Positions 27,461 to 42,600 of a stretch of DNA of 64,000 nucleotides are shown piece by piece. The notes beneath the pieces are model-generated. The model made no database searches. It was not told where the DNA came from and was given only the letters and a program-made list of their open reading frames with translations. A program made the position numbers and the translations under genes. Each line of letters opens with the position of its first letter. The stretch's first letter is position 1. The stretch is taken from the NCBI GenBank assembly GCA_976226885.1, contig OZ320314.1, forward strand, positions 100,378,001 to 100,442,000, written 5' to 3'. Origin of the DNA: Iphione sp. A-MEVVRFRX5. Taxonomy: Eukaryota.

Positions 27461-30400
27461 AGTATTACTACATTCGTCAAGCTTGTCTTTTTAGAATTGA
27501 TTCTTAATGGAGAGGCCTGGTCGATCTTAAATGTAGAGGGCAAACCAATGGGCACAAATCCCATCTAGACCTGACCAGAACCGTCCTTCCTTATCTAAAC
27601 GGCCCTATTCTTTTATACTGACCTACATTCCTGGAAAGAGAGCCGTCTTGCCAATTTTCTTAAGAACACCTTGGGCGTCCGTTCTGATTTCTCATGGGTA
27701 TAATATGCGGGACACCCGTAGGAGCCACGCTATCGCTGGGGGCCACCACTCAACCCAAAGTGCTCTGTCTATCTGTCTCCCTCTCTATGCTTTACCTCTC
27801 TGCTCTCTCCCTTTTTCTCGTTTCCACAATGTAACTGCCTGTCGCTTTATTTCATAGTTTCTCTTTCTGACTGCCTCTTTTTTTATTTCTCTAACTGTAT
27901 CCCCCACCCTGTCCTCCCTCGATGTCATGCCATTTACAAAATATCATTAGATTGCCTGCATTTACACATTTTAATTTTATAAACATAATTTCTGTATATT
28001 TGGGATGGAGTTTCTAATGATTAATGACTGCCAAAATTTGCGGGACGGTTTCATTACTTGACAGGTTTCTTTGCCATTATTCTAATACCGTTTTTCGCAC
28101 TATCCAATATGCCACAGGTGGATTTTGAAATTTAAACAAATATTTAATTCTACAGAAGGACTTTTAATGAAATTCATCATAATATTTTGAAACTCACTGT
28201 CGTGAAACGAATTTGAGAATAATGCGTTAATCGATCAAGATGGCTGGTCTGTACTAATTCAGCACTTATTTTGTGATTAAGACATTGACTCTCAATGGAC
28301 TGAAAAAAATTTGTCTTCGATAGCGTGCCGTGCGCTGCAACTATCAAGATTTTACCTGAAGAGGTGAGATTAGATAATACATGTACTCACAACAGGAAGG
28401 CGCAGACCTACTTTCCTGAGCTAGCAGCTCATGTTTATTTACATTCTGTCCTCAGTACATTTGAACCCCAGTGAGTATGTTTTCGCCACTGGTATGGAAA
28501 GCATATGATAAGCACATACGTTGTTAGACCAGGGTCAGCGTGTTTTGAGTTGGTCGGTACGTATTTATGGGAGTTTGTCGAGTAGGTGAGAAACCTGTAA
28601 ATTACTTTACTCATCCAGGACGTGTGTGTAATGAAATCAGGCTGCTTTGAAGGACATGTACATTTCATTTGAATGAATATTATATGTATTCCTACATCAA
28701 ACATGTACCTTTGTGCATGTTCCCTTACTTATTATCTACGTGTATGTACATTTCCTGCCTTTGACTGATATTGAAATAAATGTACTTGAAATGGATGTTT
28801 GCTCTCTTATGCGGTGAATTCGAGTCTGTGCATGGATTATGAAAATAACATACCCTGTGTCCTCTGCTGACCATAGAGTTGTTTGCATTTACCCGTATTG
28901 GAAGCACTTTTTCCTATTCATCTTCTCACTCAATTTCTGCTTCAATTTCTCCACGTCTTCCATTGTATTCTGCACAAAACGACTTACGTGGCCAGTTAGT
29001 TAACGCAACAGTTCTCGTCTATTGGTGCTAATTCAGAATCGTGTGCTGCGTTTTCAAAACGTGAGAGTTGTCATGGCAAGCAGCCAACAGTCCACATCAC
29101 GATATCCCACCGGGATCGACTGTCCGCGCCACCTCTCGGAAAGCGCCCTCGGACGGTCGTGCAAGCGCGTGCCTGCGTCCCAGACTACTGCTTCTGCTCC
29201 CAGTCTTGCTTCTTCTTCTGCTCCAGCACCTATGCCCCCCCCCCCCAACCCTGTCCTTCCTCTTCCTGGTCTTCACCACTCTCAACGTCGTTCCTCCCAA
29301 GGTTTGGCGTTTGGGAAACGGGCGGGGATGGACTTTTAGGAGGAGGTGTCTCTCTGGGGGACAGCCAGGGGTCGCCCGCCCGGGAGTCACATCGATCGGT
29401 ATGGAGGACATGCGCAGGGCACGGACCTGTGAGGCCGCCATTACCCATTGGGGCGCCATTCTCGTCGCCTCCAGCAGATGGCGCCGGCGATGAGGCGTGG
29501 ACGTAAGAGGAGCCTCAAGTAGTAGATTATCAGTCCGCCCGCCTCAACCTCCCACTCGAAACATCACAGTCCTCCGCACCATTCCCTCGGGCCGCACAGA
29601 ACCCCTTCTATTTCATGGCATCGATCCAGGGAGCGCCTGCACGGTACAGGACCAAGGGTGCTGGTGGGTATTAGGGATCAACTTTACATTTCTACCGGCA
29701 AACTACGCCACTACATCTTTCACTCAAAGATGCGGCAGGAAGATTGCCGCCGGGGACTGGAAGGGTGCATGGTGGCATTCAGGTGGGTGGGTGTTGAGGT
29801 GGGTTTGGCTAGGGTGGGTGGTTAGGTAGGGGGATCGGTAGCGGTTTGCGAACTGGTATGAAAAAGTAGAGGATTACCAGCCCCTCCTTTGGTGCGAATG
29901 TTTCTGCTTGGAAAATATTGATCAGGCTCGGTGAAATATGTTTCAATTCTTTCCCAGAAGATCCGAATCCCGCCCCCGGGCAACGCTTAACAAGGCAAGG
30001 GTCCCCACCTCGGTCCACACTACCCCATAGCCCATCACACCATACCCCATCACACAACATCCTTTTACAGATCAACTTAACACCCAGCACCCAAAACAGG
30101 CGGCACGCAGCAATACACAGTGCAGCCGTTCTGAGCCCCAGTCCAACTTGGTGTAATTTGCCCACACTGATCAGCCATGAATTTTATTAGACGCTTGACA
30201 GTGACTGTTCGGTTAAGGGGAGGTCACCCAACGCTATGAATTATTCATGTGTTCAGACCTGCGTGGGCAATTACCAGTGGAATTGGCAACAGGAAAAGAT
30301 CTAGGTGCTTTCATAGCATTAATGTTGCTTCATATGGGCACGTTGGCGACGTGATACTTTATGGTGTTTTTCCTTCTTTTGGTGCTACCTTCCTTGTGTG

Positions 30401-33400
30401 TAAATGGCAGATCTGGCAGCCTTTGTATTGAACCCACGACCAGTTTTCATATATAAAGCAAACATTGTCGCTTGGCTTGTGCAAACCCGCTAATGACCTC
30501 CGTCACTTGTGATCCTTTCCAAGCACATGTAATTTGAGTCTTCATGAACTCTCTGCTATACAAGTTTGTATAAAGCATGAAAGCTATTCCAGTTGTTACT
30601 ATTGCTGCTGCTGCTGTTGCTGTGTTCTTTAGATGAAAACTTATTTCAATCGTAAACCAATCTATGCTGCCACTCACCGTTATATTTTATGGGCGACAGG
30701 TTATTTTTCTTCAGGGCAGGTTTCAAGTTCATAGCCCGCCTGGCGAGCAACACCCAGAACGGTGGTCTTATATCATGCGTACAACAAAGCTATTTTATGC
30801 AGGTGCACCGACTGTCGTCGCTACATGCTATTTTCTACCTTGTCTCGCTATTCATTACACTTTTCCTGCCAGACCGTGTGTGCTGCCGAGAACCGACAAG
30901 CAGGAACACACCGTCTGTCGTGCCGACCTAGCCACCCAGTGCACCATTTCGGCTCGTCCTTTAGACGAATGGCGACTTCAAAGAGAGATCACTTAAGGCA
31001 CAGTCCCTTATCGACCGCCACCGAGGCGGATTCTATATCATGGCAGGCGTATATCATCGGTGGACGTCGATCTAGCACCATACCACCTTGAGACCGCCGC
31101 TCCCCTCAACCACCCCCGCCCCACCACAATAGCTATTCAGCCAATTCATTCCCCCCTCGGTTCATCTTGGATATCCTTCATTGATAGACCCGTAGGCAAG
31201 TCCATAAGCAGACATATGCATGGACTTCACCATGTCAACCAAGGTGGCCCCCCACAGTTATATATGGGTTTCCCTAGGCTTACCCTAGATACATCAATTC
31301 TCGTCTCTCACGACCTTGACCAACACGAGGTAGGATGGTCAACGACCCTACCGGGCTCGAAGCCGCCGGCTCCATTGTTTCTCATCAACTGGCATTAGCC
31401 AGTCAAAAGCGATAATACAAGCGAGACGTGCGCATCAACGTGAATGTACATAGCCCGCATCGGTCGGAATGAGTCACGTGATGCCACTGTCTTGAGGAAC
31501 GCTGCGCTGGGCAGTCGCCTCAAAGTAAAGATTGGTTGCTGCAGATTGGCGAGATTAGTGCGTTTGGTTCGGTGGGTGGGGGTGGGCGGGCGGGGGAAGC
31601 AGAATATTCGCCCTAGCGAGAGAACAACCATGTGACTTTATTGTGGACCGAGCCAGTCGGAAGGTAGCGCCAAGGTCAATCATTGTTGATTGGTTATCGG
31701 CACAGTGGAGCATAAAATGTCATTGGTCAACACGGGCTGGAGGGGTTAAGGTCGAGCTGCTCGCGTTGTCGTGTAGGACCAATGGCTTTGAAAGGTCAAC
31801 CTACTCGGTCACTTGGTCAGGGCAAGCATTTCTTACGCCACACTGACTTTGGACCGCTCATTACTTGACGTCTACAGATGTTAAGAAAGAAATATGCTGT
31901 GCTTTTATAGATAGTATTTATTAGGGACCCCAGGTCCAGTGGTCATGTACATGCATGTTTTCTGTTGTCTGTACGGTGTGCTATTGAGTAATTTGTTTTC
32001 TACACAGACTATTCAAACCAGCCTTCAGACTATAGGTGGAGACCATGGCGTACGTAGAAAGGCAGTCACTCTAATCTGATTTCACGTTTTTTCCTGTATG
32101 CTTCTATTCGTGGACGTTATAGGAAACTGCGGCCTAGAGCTTATGCAGACCTGACATGTTTAAATGTTGAGGTAGACGAGGAATTGCTTCAGGAAAGTTA
32201 TGTTTATACTAGGTTCATATTCTATTCAGTTTTATCGCCTTCCTCGGGCCAGTGGACACGGTCTCACTTCATCATACTCAATTCTTGGCCCGAGAGGGGC
32301 AACATCCAGAATGACATTGGGTAGCGGTTGGTCGCGTGCCTTGGAGATACAAGCCTTCATCGTGTTACACTGTAATGGGCCATCTGCATCAATAAGGGAG
32401 GTCAATGCACAGCTCTAATACCACGGTCGTATTTCTGTATAAACGACACGTCGAATGAGCTGTATCTGGTGACCCCAACATGACTAGGGCAGTCGACGGA
32501 CCAGCCACCCGCCAAGGCAACGGGTTATCGCGTCTGGTCAGACATCAGCGCCGATGCACCCCCAGCGGTGGCTCACCGAAGTACGGTGGTTGAGAGAGGG
32601 GAGAAGAAGGGAGGGGGGCAGGTAGCCCTTATGGTCTCGTGATTCTTTATTTGAGCTGTTTTCGTTCAATAAATATGGCAGGCCGATCGGTAGGAGATTT
32701 CGACCGGGATTCCGTTACATAAACATCCTTTGAGTAAATATTGAGTAAAAAAAACACAAAAAACCGGCAGGCTTGGTGCGACCGCTCCATGGTGCGCCTC
32801 TCCATTGACATTTAAACAAGGTAATCTGAACTGAACGACTTAAATATCTCGACTCATCTTCTCCGTGTTTTGCTCTATTTTGTTTACTAGGACAGCAGCG
32901 CCAATTATGCACATCAAAGAGTAACGTGGCTACCAAAGCCTCCGCCTTTAACTTGTAATTGACCCATCGGATATCATTGGTTTTGGTGTATTCCAGCAGA
33001 AAAATGGCAAAACTACGACATATCTTCTACATTGATTTAAAAAAATTCCAAGGCTCTATGGCAATTCAGTAGTGTTCATTTAATCATAGAAAGCAGAAAA
33101 GTAACACCTAAATATCTTATTTCTGGGGTTTAAATAGTGAATTTCATGTTAGTGTGATGTCGTAGTTTTGCTCATAGAGTAAAAAAGCGAAGGGTCAATT
33201 CAGTTGTTTTTCGTAGATACATCTCATTTAAGCGCCCCTCACCGTCTGTGCTTCTTGCCGACTCGGCCGGGCACACGCCAGCCTCTAATGTCTCTGTATT
33301 GACCTTAACCGATGGCATCTTGTCGAGGCGGTCTTTCCCCAAGCCGTAGTGTCTTCTACCAGTCCGAGTATTTCCTCCCAATAAAAGCAGGGACAGAGCG

Positions 33401-34799
33401 GCAACTGCCTTACCTTACGGGTGAAGCGGAGGGCGGCAGTTTGGCCGTCGCCAGCTTGTTTTATTGCCCCCTTCGCCATCACCGGCAACAGGAGGAGGGA
33501 GCGGTGCGGCCGGTGGCCCCACTCCCGGGGGGCAGGTAACCAATCAGGCCACGTCTTGTTCTAGTGGTGGTCGCCAACGGGAGAGAGCGTCATTAACGTC
33601 ATGTCGACTGAGAGCTTCGATGACGGACGCTGGTTTCCTGTTCCTGTGAACGGAAATGTCAAGGCTCGACGACTCACTACTGCGTTTCCGTGCGCGACCG
33701 AAGCATCCCGAGTGTTCGGTTGGACTTGATCCAAGTGGATTTATTAAATAGGGAGAACTTGAAGCTGATTTGAACCGCTAAATATACGAGGCATAGTCTC
33801 GAAACGGGTGAAGCTGGAACAATCCTTTCTATCGGCCTTGAGAGCTTCAAATCAACCTAAAGTGTACAGCAAAACCGTACCTTAGACTATGAAACTATTC
33901 CCATTGCATAGTCAAAACACGCATAATCCCTGTAGGTCCTCCTACAGAAGCAATATGTAATAGAAAGAACAAGGTGGACGCAATCCTGTGGGACGGAGGG
34001 CGGAGCTGACCATAGAGGGACCTGGTTAGAAGGGGTGTTGGCGGCAACCACGACAAGGTCAACGGGCGGCGCTGATTGGCTGCTTGCTTGTAGTGGGGAC
34101 AGATGATGAACAGGGAGCCAAGCCAGGCAGCAGATGAAGACGCCCATCGGCTGAGCCTCTTTGGCCACCAGGGGGCGACTACCTGGCGGCCAAGCGGTCA
34201 GCCACAGATGTGTGCACTGCTGACAAGGTCGGTATCTGAAAGAGCGCTGATGAAAAACAGTGAGAGGATGGCAAAAGTGACACATGCGCTGACTCATCAT
34301 ACTTTCTTATGCATATGGACAACACCAAAGTCTTTCTACTGCCTCTTTGCTTCCGTCATTTCGTTAACCATATCTGCATGGTACTCATGCTCTTTTCCCT
34401 ATTTTCGTCCTTCCGCGGTTAATCTTTCTGGCTCACTTTTCTAAACCCAAACTCCTTAATTAGGAAGCCTCCTTCTGGGTTTTCCTACTCAAGAGCTCAT
34501 CAACCTAACCTCTGCTACCTCATTAGTGTGACTGGTCATTATTCTCTCCCCTAGAATTCTTCTGAAATATTCTACAAATACAGCCAACTTTTACTATAAG
34601 ACTAAAGAAGACCGGACTAGGGGAGAGACCAGGTTTAAACAGTACCAAACATATATGTGCAATTCTCATGAAATGTCTCCACATGCCATTTTGGTGGTAC
34701 AAAAAATGTAATAGTATCAACTATTTGGCCATCATAATATTAATATATTTGTTGCATTGTGACTAAAGTAGAGAAGTAGAGTAGGTGAACAACATGTTT

Positions 34800-34835
34800 G
34801 AGCCATCAGGACAATGGAGCCATCAGGACAATGGA
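34800..34835 (+). repeat. Perfect 17-bp tandem duplication (GAGCCATCAGGACAATG)x2
   Basis: Units at 34800-34816 and 34817-34833, plus 2 nt of a third unit. Confidence 0.95.
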
Positions 34836-35805
34836 AAACTTTGATGTGGAGATTGATTTAAGTAATGTTTTCTTTAATGAGAGATATTACCTTTTTTGTG
34901 TAATGCCATTCATGTAAACTAGATACATAGTAATTATTTATACATAAAAAAGATCAAGTAGAAATGAATCTATATAAGAGAAAACCACCTTTTTAATACT
35001 GGAAAACTGTAAAATGTATTTATGTATGGAAAATGTATAACATTTTAAGTTGGTAAGACTTTGTGTTTACTACTGATTTAACTTTCACTTCATCCTTCAT
35101 AGTCTACATTCAGTATGTTTTACAACAGAAATAACATAGAAGATGAGAATTTCAAAGATGATATAACTATGTTCATTGTAAAGAACAAAGCTGCTTGGTA
35201 AGGGTAGCTTCTAGAATTAAAATTCTATGAAAATTAGGCAAAAGTGCCTTTAAAATGCTACTTTTAGGCCCATGGTATCACACGTTTTGAAGATAGGTGA
35301 AAGTGGGGTTAACTTGAAAGATCTGGCTAAGCTGCACCATGCCAGGACTGTAACATTGTCTTAGTCAGTGATTTTATAATATGTTACATATACATGTATA
35401 AAAATAGACCACAGAGGACCAAGAGCTCACCAGAGGCCTCATTTCTCCAGGACTAGAGGGGGTGTTCTAAGAGAGAGTTGACTGTATTTTATAAAATTTC
35501 TCGGTAGCTATCCTGCTATACGCATGGGTTTGTCCCAGCTGATTAATGGTTTCTACCTGCCATATCATCAGAGATTGGCCTACATACGAAGGAGTCCACA
35601 GAGCTGCTTTCTGCCCAAAGTAGAAAGGAACGTTTCCCATGTTTTGATTTATGATTTCTACCTGAACGCTTTCACCAGAGCTTAGAACGTCCATGAGATG
35701 GAAAATGTGGTGGTATAGGAGGAAGAGAGACTGGGAGAAAAGGACCTAATTCTAATTCTCGACTTCAAGTAGTTGCTCAGCTTATTTAAAATTATCCGGA
35801 GAAAA

Positions 35806-35808
<3 letters not shown>

Positions 35809-35846
<38 letters not shown>
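35809..35846 (+). repeat. (GA)19 microsatellite
   Basis: Perfect dinucleotide run read directly. Confidence 0.98.
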
Positions 35847-35848
<2 letters not shown>

Positions 35849-36048
35849 AAAAGAAGGAAGGACCTTATTTTGATTTCTCACTTCCAGTAGTTGCTCTGCA
35901 TATTTAAAATCATCTCAAATAAGTACAGGGCTGATATTAATCGATGTCTGCTAAATGTCTAGCAGAGATTGAATATAAAATTGATTTGTTATCCAAGACA
36001 TGCACCCAATCCAGGTTATGTCTAAAGAACGGAGTTGTTTGCACAAGG

Positions 36049-36083
36049 ATTGTCAACCGTACACATTGTCAACCGTACACATT
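36049..36083 (+). repeat. Perfect 16-bp tandem duplication (ATTGTCAACCGTACAC)x2
   Basis: Units at 36049-36064 and 36065-36080, followed by ATT. Confidence 0.95.
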
Positions 36084-36529
36084 TCATTTTTATTCTCAGC
36101 AATTTGCACGGATAGGAGATAACTCAGGGGATGCAATGCTAAAACTCGTCCTCAGACAGATTTACTTGCATATGGCTGTGATTCCTCTTCTTGTGCAATT
36201 CTGAGCAACAGGAAACTAAACAATATGACCTCCATATGATGAAGAAATGTCAATCTGGGCATTTCCTCCTAAGACTATAAATACCCCATTGACAATAATG
36301 AAATGGTATCGTTATTTATCTCGAAGGCGACAAAAAAAATCATGCCATTGTGGTTCGGCGGGTTTGTTTTCAACAACTGCATATCTAACTGAGATATAAG
36401 AGTTGGGGTATCACCAGCTGGTTTAAACTCCAGTACAACATGCCTTGTTTGCATTGTTTTCTTTATCAGAAAAAAAAAATGATTGGAGCCTAGCATGCTG
36501 GGTAATGAGGTTGTATGAGGTTCACAGGT

Positions 36530-36755
36530 TCTTATCTGTAGAAAATATCCTGCTGATCTGCTTTTGTATGGACACACGATGTATTTTTACCATTGTAGAC
36601 TATTCAAAGCAGATCAATATCCGTAGAAAATCTGTTGATGACAGATCAGAAAACAGATATGTGTCAGTATCTGTTTTGAAACGAAGGCATATGAACACTG
36701 CAAATGATATGGGTATTTTTCTATGGATACAGATCCGTTTCTGTAGAAAAAAAAT
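36530..36755. repeat. Cluster of short inverted and direct repeats (decayed MITE or foldback-like)
   Basis: TGATCTGCTTT (36554-36564) pairs with AAAGCAGATCA (36606-36616). AAAACAGATA (36650-36659) pairs with TATCTGTTTT (36668-36677). CYGTAGAAAA occurs at 36536, 36621 and 36741. Confidence 0.6.
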
Positions 36756-39470
36756 GGATGCATGTGAACACAGCCTAACACATTTGTCAAAGTTAAATGA
36801 CCACGGCGCTTCGGTGGTTATATCTGGTCTACTGTATTGTGTTCATGTCCGATTTGTTGAGCAAGATTTATGTACTTGGCTTCAGTACTGGGGGGGGGGA
36901 TCAGCTTCTGAGGGGATGGTGCACGGAGTATATGATGGGGAACTTCTGCCTGGTTACTGTGGCTGTTTAATTGTAAGATGACCTTTAAACTAAGGACTTG
37001 GTTCTGCTAATGTTTTCCCTAGAGGATTAAGAATGGCTCCTGGCACACTGTATGTAAAGCGTAAGAGTGTCGATATATAGACAGATGGTTGGATATGCAA
37101 GCACATGAGGACGTTAACATACAAGGGAATGGCATGAAGAAATAAACCTGATCACGAATTAAAGACTACCATTTTCTTTTGTTTGTCAATCAAAAAAAGC
37201 AAATTGTACTTTCATTGCTTCGGTACCTATCACAAATGCTCAAATGTGACAAATTATTACTTTCTCTCACGCAATGCTACGATAGTTTTCTCAAGGTAGC
37301 CGTGACTGCAAGACAGTAATAGACATAAGACATCCATTCATATGGTTGTTGTTTGTCTAATATTTCTCATGAGCCCAGAGTCAATACGCCTTTTCTTGCT
37401 CTGACTTCAGAAGGTGGTCACAGTAGCCCTGTGTGATTGTGTGAAACCTAATTGTATATCATAGTTGCATGCTAGTGCTCAGTGTATTGACTTTACGTTC
37501 AATGTTGAATTATATGAATTGAAGAATATTAAGTATGTATAGGTACTACAAAATTATACTAATGTATGTATATGTGTTAGTGTATTTAGATAAGGGGTCG
37601 TGGCCTTTTTGACGCAGAACCATTTAAACATGTAATAATCCTAGTCTTCTCATTCTCATGTACATGCATATGAAAAATAACAAAAATATAAACCAGAGTC
37701 TGTGTATGAACTATGAGGGAGAAACCCGTAATAAATACCTGTTATACAAAAATTGATGCGATGATAAGGTCATTGATTCAGGTCATTTTTGCAAAATTTG
37801 TCACTAACACGAGAAACTCCCCATAAATCTTCAGGAAATGGAAGCTCTAAAACTGGTTTGGTCCTTGTTTAAGGTGATTGCTGGTATATGAGTAGCAAGA
37901 TTAGTAGTCTCAGTGTATTGATTAGATTTCATAAGTCGATTTGATGTGCTGTGGCAACAAAGGTTGCTTATGTAAACGTCACAACTTTTCTGTATAAATA
38001 ACTTGGTAGGTTAAACTTGGCGCACCGGCTAGAGTTTCATGATATATGGAGCATATCATGTATTATGAATGATGATGTTGGCTGCAAAACAACGTTCCGT
38101 AGATGTGAAACAGCAATAGAATATTGCCGAGCCATGTTTTTACATGAGTGTTTATTATACACCTTATGACGGGTGGTAAGAGCATCTAGTCTATATTGTG
38201 ATCACATAGAAATGGAGACATAAAAACACGAATTCAACGGAAGTAGACGGGTCATTGAAATATAACAAATCTGAAGCCAATGTACTAAAGATAGTCGTTA
38301 AACAAGTTTTGGTGTACATAAATAGCCGTGAGTTCCCCGAGTTTCGCATTGAAACACATGAAAGAGATTACTCCATGATCGAAAATCGTGTGAAATGACC
38401 CGACCTGGAAATTACACTGTGCCTCATAAAAAAAAGATCGATAGGAGAGTTTATAGACGTTATTCTACGAGATAAATCAAAGCAGAAATTGCACTTAGTC
38501 GAGATCCGTTTTATAATATTTCAATGTAAGTTGCTTTTTGTGCAAACTGTCACTCAGTTTTAACAATTGACTGCAACTAAGAGGGAGTTCACTTTATCGC
38601 TTGGCACTAGCGGCACACGAAATGACGCTTTATGCAATATGGATTTACTATACTACGATTGCACAAAAATATGTCCGTAAGTCCCTGTCAGAATGGGGAC
38701 ACTGAAACTGGGACTTCCTAAAACCGGTAATGACGCGACAGGAATGAAGTACGGGGTTAAATCGTCAATACAGCTGGGACAATACGCTAATGCCGTTTGC
38801 GTGTTCGTCGGGCGTAAGGGTTTGCTTGGTGGGCCCTATGCGAGAATGGGGACGACATGCCAAATGTTACAGCAAGAACCCTGAGCACAGTCAGAAAGGG
38901 TCGTCCTGAAGCACGAGGGACGAGGCGCTAAAACAAGTGGCGTGTCGGTTCGCCCATGCCATCGTCTGTCTGATGTAACTAGTTCCCCCTGTGTGTACCC
39001 TTCCATCTGTGGGTAGGCGTGTTCAGCGTGAGCCCCGTGACGGACTCCAAGTCGGGATTGTCCTCACGACTGAATCTGGGCTGCTTTCATGCTGCTAATG
39101 AGAAGAAAAATTCACCATTGTCGTTTGCATGTGTCCATGTTTCATGCAAGGCTATTTTCATGATATACTTGTTAACTGCTGAGGAGTAAGTGTAGGTTAC
39201 CTAAATGATTACACATGCAAATTAATAAACCAGCCTATCAAGCATGCAAGAACTCATCTGTGATATATAGCACATTTTGCATACATCACATCTGAAGAAA
39301 CGCCACCGGACAACTTATACTTGATCACGGGAGTATGGAAATTAGATTCGAGCTCAAGGTGGCAAGTGATGAATTAGCTTCAAAAGCTGTTTGCACTAAG
39401 CCACTGGGAGTGACGGCCGTAAAGACGGGGAGCAGCCAGGCCTGGTTTGATTTATCGGCGCATTCATGGT

Positions 39471-39638
39471 NNNNNNNNNNNNNNNNNNNNNNNNNNNNNN
39501 NNNNNNNNNNNNNNNNNNNNNNNNNNNNNNNNNNNNNNNNNNNNNNNNNNNNNNNNNNNNNNNNNNNNNNNNNNNNNNNNNNNNNNNNNNNNNNNNNNNN
39601 NNNNNNNNNNNNNNNNNNNNNNNNNNNNNNNNNNNNNN
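39471..39638. other. Assembly gap (168 N)
   Basis: Run of N in the sequence. Confidence 1.
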
Positions 39639-42600
39639 CAAGCCCTCCGCTGCCGCCTTACAACAGTGTGTATCCACCATAGGGGCGTGGAGGTGTTCTT
39701 GTGTGGGTCATGCACCTGACATGGCGTTGAGATGTCTGGAGGCTCTCGCTGGATGCAGGGGCACAGGTTTCCGAACTCCACTTGTATCCCACCTGTTTCA
39801 TTTATCACACGGTGCGGCCATGCTACGGTTTGCACTGCTATGCTGCGTCAGGTATAAACCAGGTACAGCTGAACACTACTCACACTCCAGGTTTTTCAAT
39901 CGTATTCCACTCCTAGCAAACTTCTCGCCTATATATTCTATTCGATTAACATTTATAGATTATTCTTATACTGGAATCATTATGATTACATATTATTGTG
40001 CTATAATCCGATAATATGGATAAATCTATACTTCTGAAAACAATATATTATTAATATTGGAACAGCCTTTGTGCCTTGCAAGAATCGATGCATTCCCCAA
40101 GATTCAATGATAACATAACCCCTATTGCAAGCGTACGGTCTATATGTTTGGTGGAACCGGTCTCTTGATTCAGAATGGGACCTTAGAGGATTCGAAGAAA
40201 GGGGTTGGTGTCAGATTTTGCCGGATTGCTTTGTCCATTCATCTTGTAAATAAACCTTTCTCTAAAAGAAAATATTTTCATTGTAACAATCTGCCTCTTG
40301 AGATGTGGCTGATATGATTTTATATTTACATATATGATATGTGATCATTAATACGAAGCACTTGTACACGTATTCATAATCCCACGAGCAGATTTGGCTA
40401 AAGAATTACCTATCAGCCGAATGGCTAAACCATCTTTCGTCAAATGCTCTGTCCGGAGAAAATATGATTTTATTAGAGGACCTTTTGTACTAAGGTAATT
40501 AATAAACATTGACACCTACTCCTTTGCTTATAGTATTACACAACCCCCCCCCCCCCATAAGTAACAACATTTCAAACGGATTTGCTTCGGTACAGTAGGT
40601 ATAAGTGGACGTCACCGGACGTGACCCCGGAAGAAGGTCGATAGGATCAGCGAGAATGCGCACAGCTTCTGAATTGGCTTCCGCTTCTGGCAGCGTCTTC
40701 GTAACCAGTGATGCGTATATCGCCAGCACGTGGTGAGGATATCTGCTGGGTCTGGACTTGACTCACTGCGTCCAGACACCATCATTCTCAGCCTGACCCA
40801 CATCGTGTGTTCATATTTTGGTATGCGATCACGGTGACCACTCACGTTAGGACATACACTCTTTCTAAAGAACCGGAGAGTTCGTTAAACAATCAAGGTA
40901 CATATCTTCAATTGATGAAGACGTCCACACATGAATGTGGTATATGGAGTAGTTTTCCTGTTTTGAAATTCTAGTGCAAAAGATGCTTCGTCTTACTCGT
41001 TGTTGACATGCTACACGAAAATGGTAACACTGACTAAACTGAGATGATTAGTTTTACCTAGAACATGCGTTAAGTAAGAACTTGTTAAAATATTGTTTCC
41101 CCTTGTAAATGGACTCAATGTCCTATGATAAGAGATTTTTGAAATGCTGATATGAAGCAAATGGTATTTGACAGGCAATGGTTAATTTTCAGTATAATGG
41201 CCAGATGAAGTAATCCAAGCCTTGTTTGAGAAGTACTTATTCTAATACCTACAAATGCTTTTATTACAGTAGGTACCTGTAATCCCGAACCCAAACGACT
41301 GAAAGGACTGAACCCAAACTCTTAATAATGTAAGATATCAGCATTAGCAGTAGTTTCACAGTAAGAAACATCAGCTTTGGTTCTGTCTCGATCCTCACTG
41401 TCCTTAATTAGGGTTTTCCAGTATAGAAGGTGCTCTGATTACGGGAGTCTACCCAAACTGATGCAATTATTTCCAGGCCAAAGCTCTGTCTATTATCGAA
41501 TGAAATAGACGTGTTCACAGGGCAACGACCTACTATTTACCTAGGGTCAATCTTAGGACTTTATACCTTGAGAACTGCTGAGCAGAAATTAATGATGTGA
41601 CAGACTAGGAAGGCTTGCATACAAAATATATATTTTCTTGCATGTGTGCGATCAAGCGAGACAGGATTTTTTGCCTCCCGCTCCAGCTCTTAGCTATTGT
41701 TCTTTGAATTGTGTTGATTGAATGTTCAGCAATATGTACACTTGTAGTGACTGCTCCATTCATCAATTGATGCTCAGTTTGTCTTCTACTGGAAGCGCCA
41801 AAATAAGCAATGTACTTCACTGATCCTATTGTTCGAAATATAACAAGTATTCGCCCCATCAAAATCCATAAAATATATTTCTATATTTATTTCATAGGAA
41901 CAAAGCACATTTCAGATTTATCCACGTAAATATGTTTTCTTGTGTCATAAGGTTACACTATCTGGTCTGCAATTGGAGGCCAGTAATGTTTGCCTTCAGT
42001 ATTACATTGTCATTGCTCTCACATAATTTATCTTCCATGAAATAGAAATCAAGAAGTCATTTTCAAAAGAATTTCGTCTTTTTCCTAACCCAAAGGGTAA
42101 CATTTATTTTGGTTTGCAGGACAAAGGATGTTTTAATCTATTCAATTAGGGTAATAAACCACGTAACTGTGATCAAGGGTGTGCAAAGAAACGGTTGGAA
42201 TGGTGAATTTACTTGAACATTGGCTTCACAAGCACACACAGCAGGACATTTCAGACGCCTATCTCGGAACGTATAACACCCCACCTCTAAATGGATATAC
42301 TGGCGGGTAATTGCGCATGGATACCTCCACCAAAATCTCAAAAGAACACTTTTGGCTTTATTATTTCTGAATTAACTTTTTAAAAAAAATCTTTATTCAC
42401 GCTAGTTTCGTATACAGTAAAGCATGTTGCCCCAGCTTCTTCCAAGTTTGTCAAGACATGAAAATAGATACCTAAATGATATGTTATGTAATGGAAAATA
42501 CTATACAGATATGATATTGAAAATAAAGTGAGTAGGACATATTTGCCGTCTTAACATGGCTAATTGTATATCAGCTATTTGGTGGAGTATAGACGATTAA

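Noticed and set aside
29022-29829. Six or more overlapping ORFs on both strands
   Set aside because: This is a GC-rich, stop-poor block with low-complexity translations and no domain.
10154-36741. Exact 16-mer GATACAGATCCGTTTC at 10154 and 36726
   Set aside because: About one such match is expected by chance in 64 kb, and the flanks do not align.
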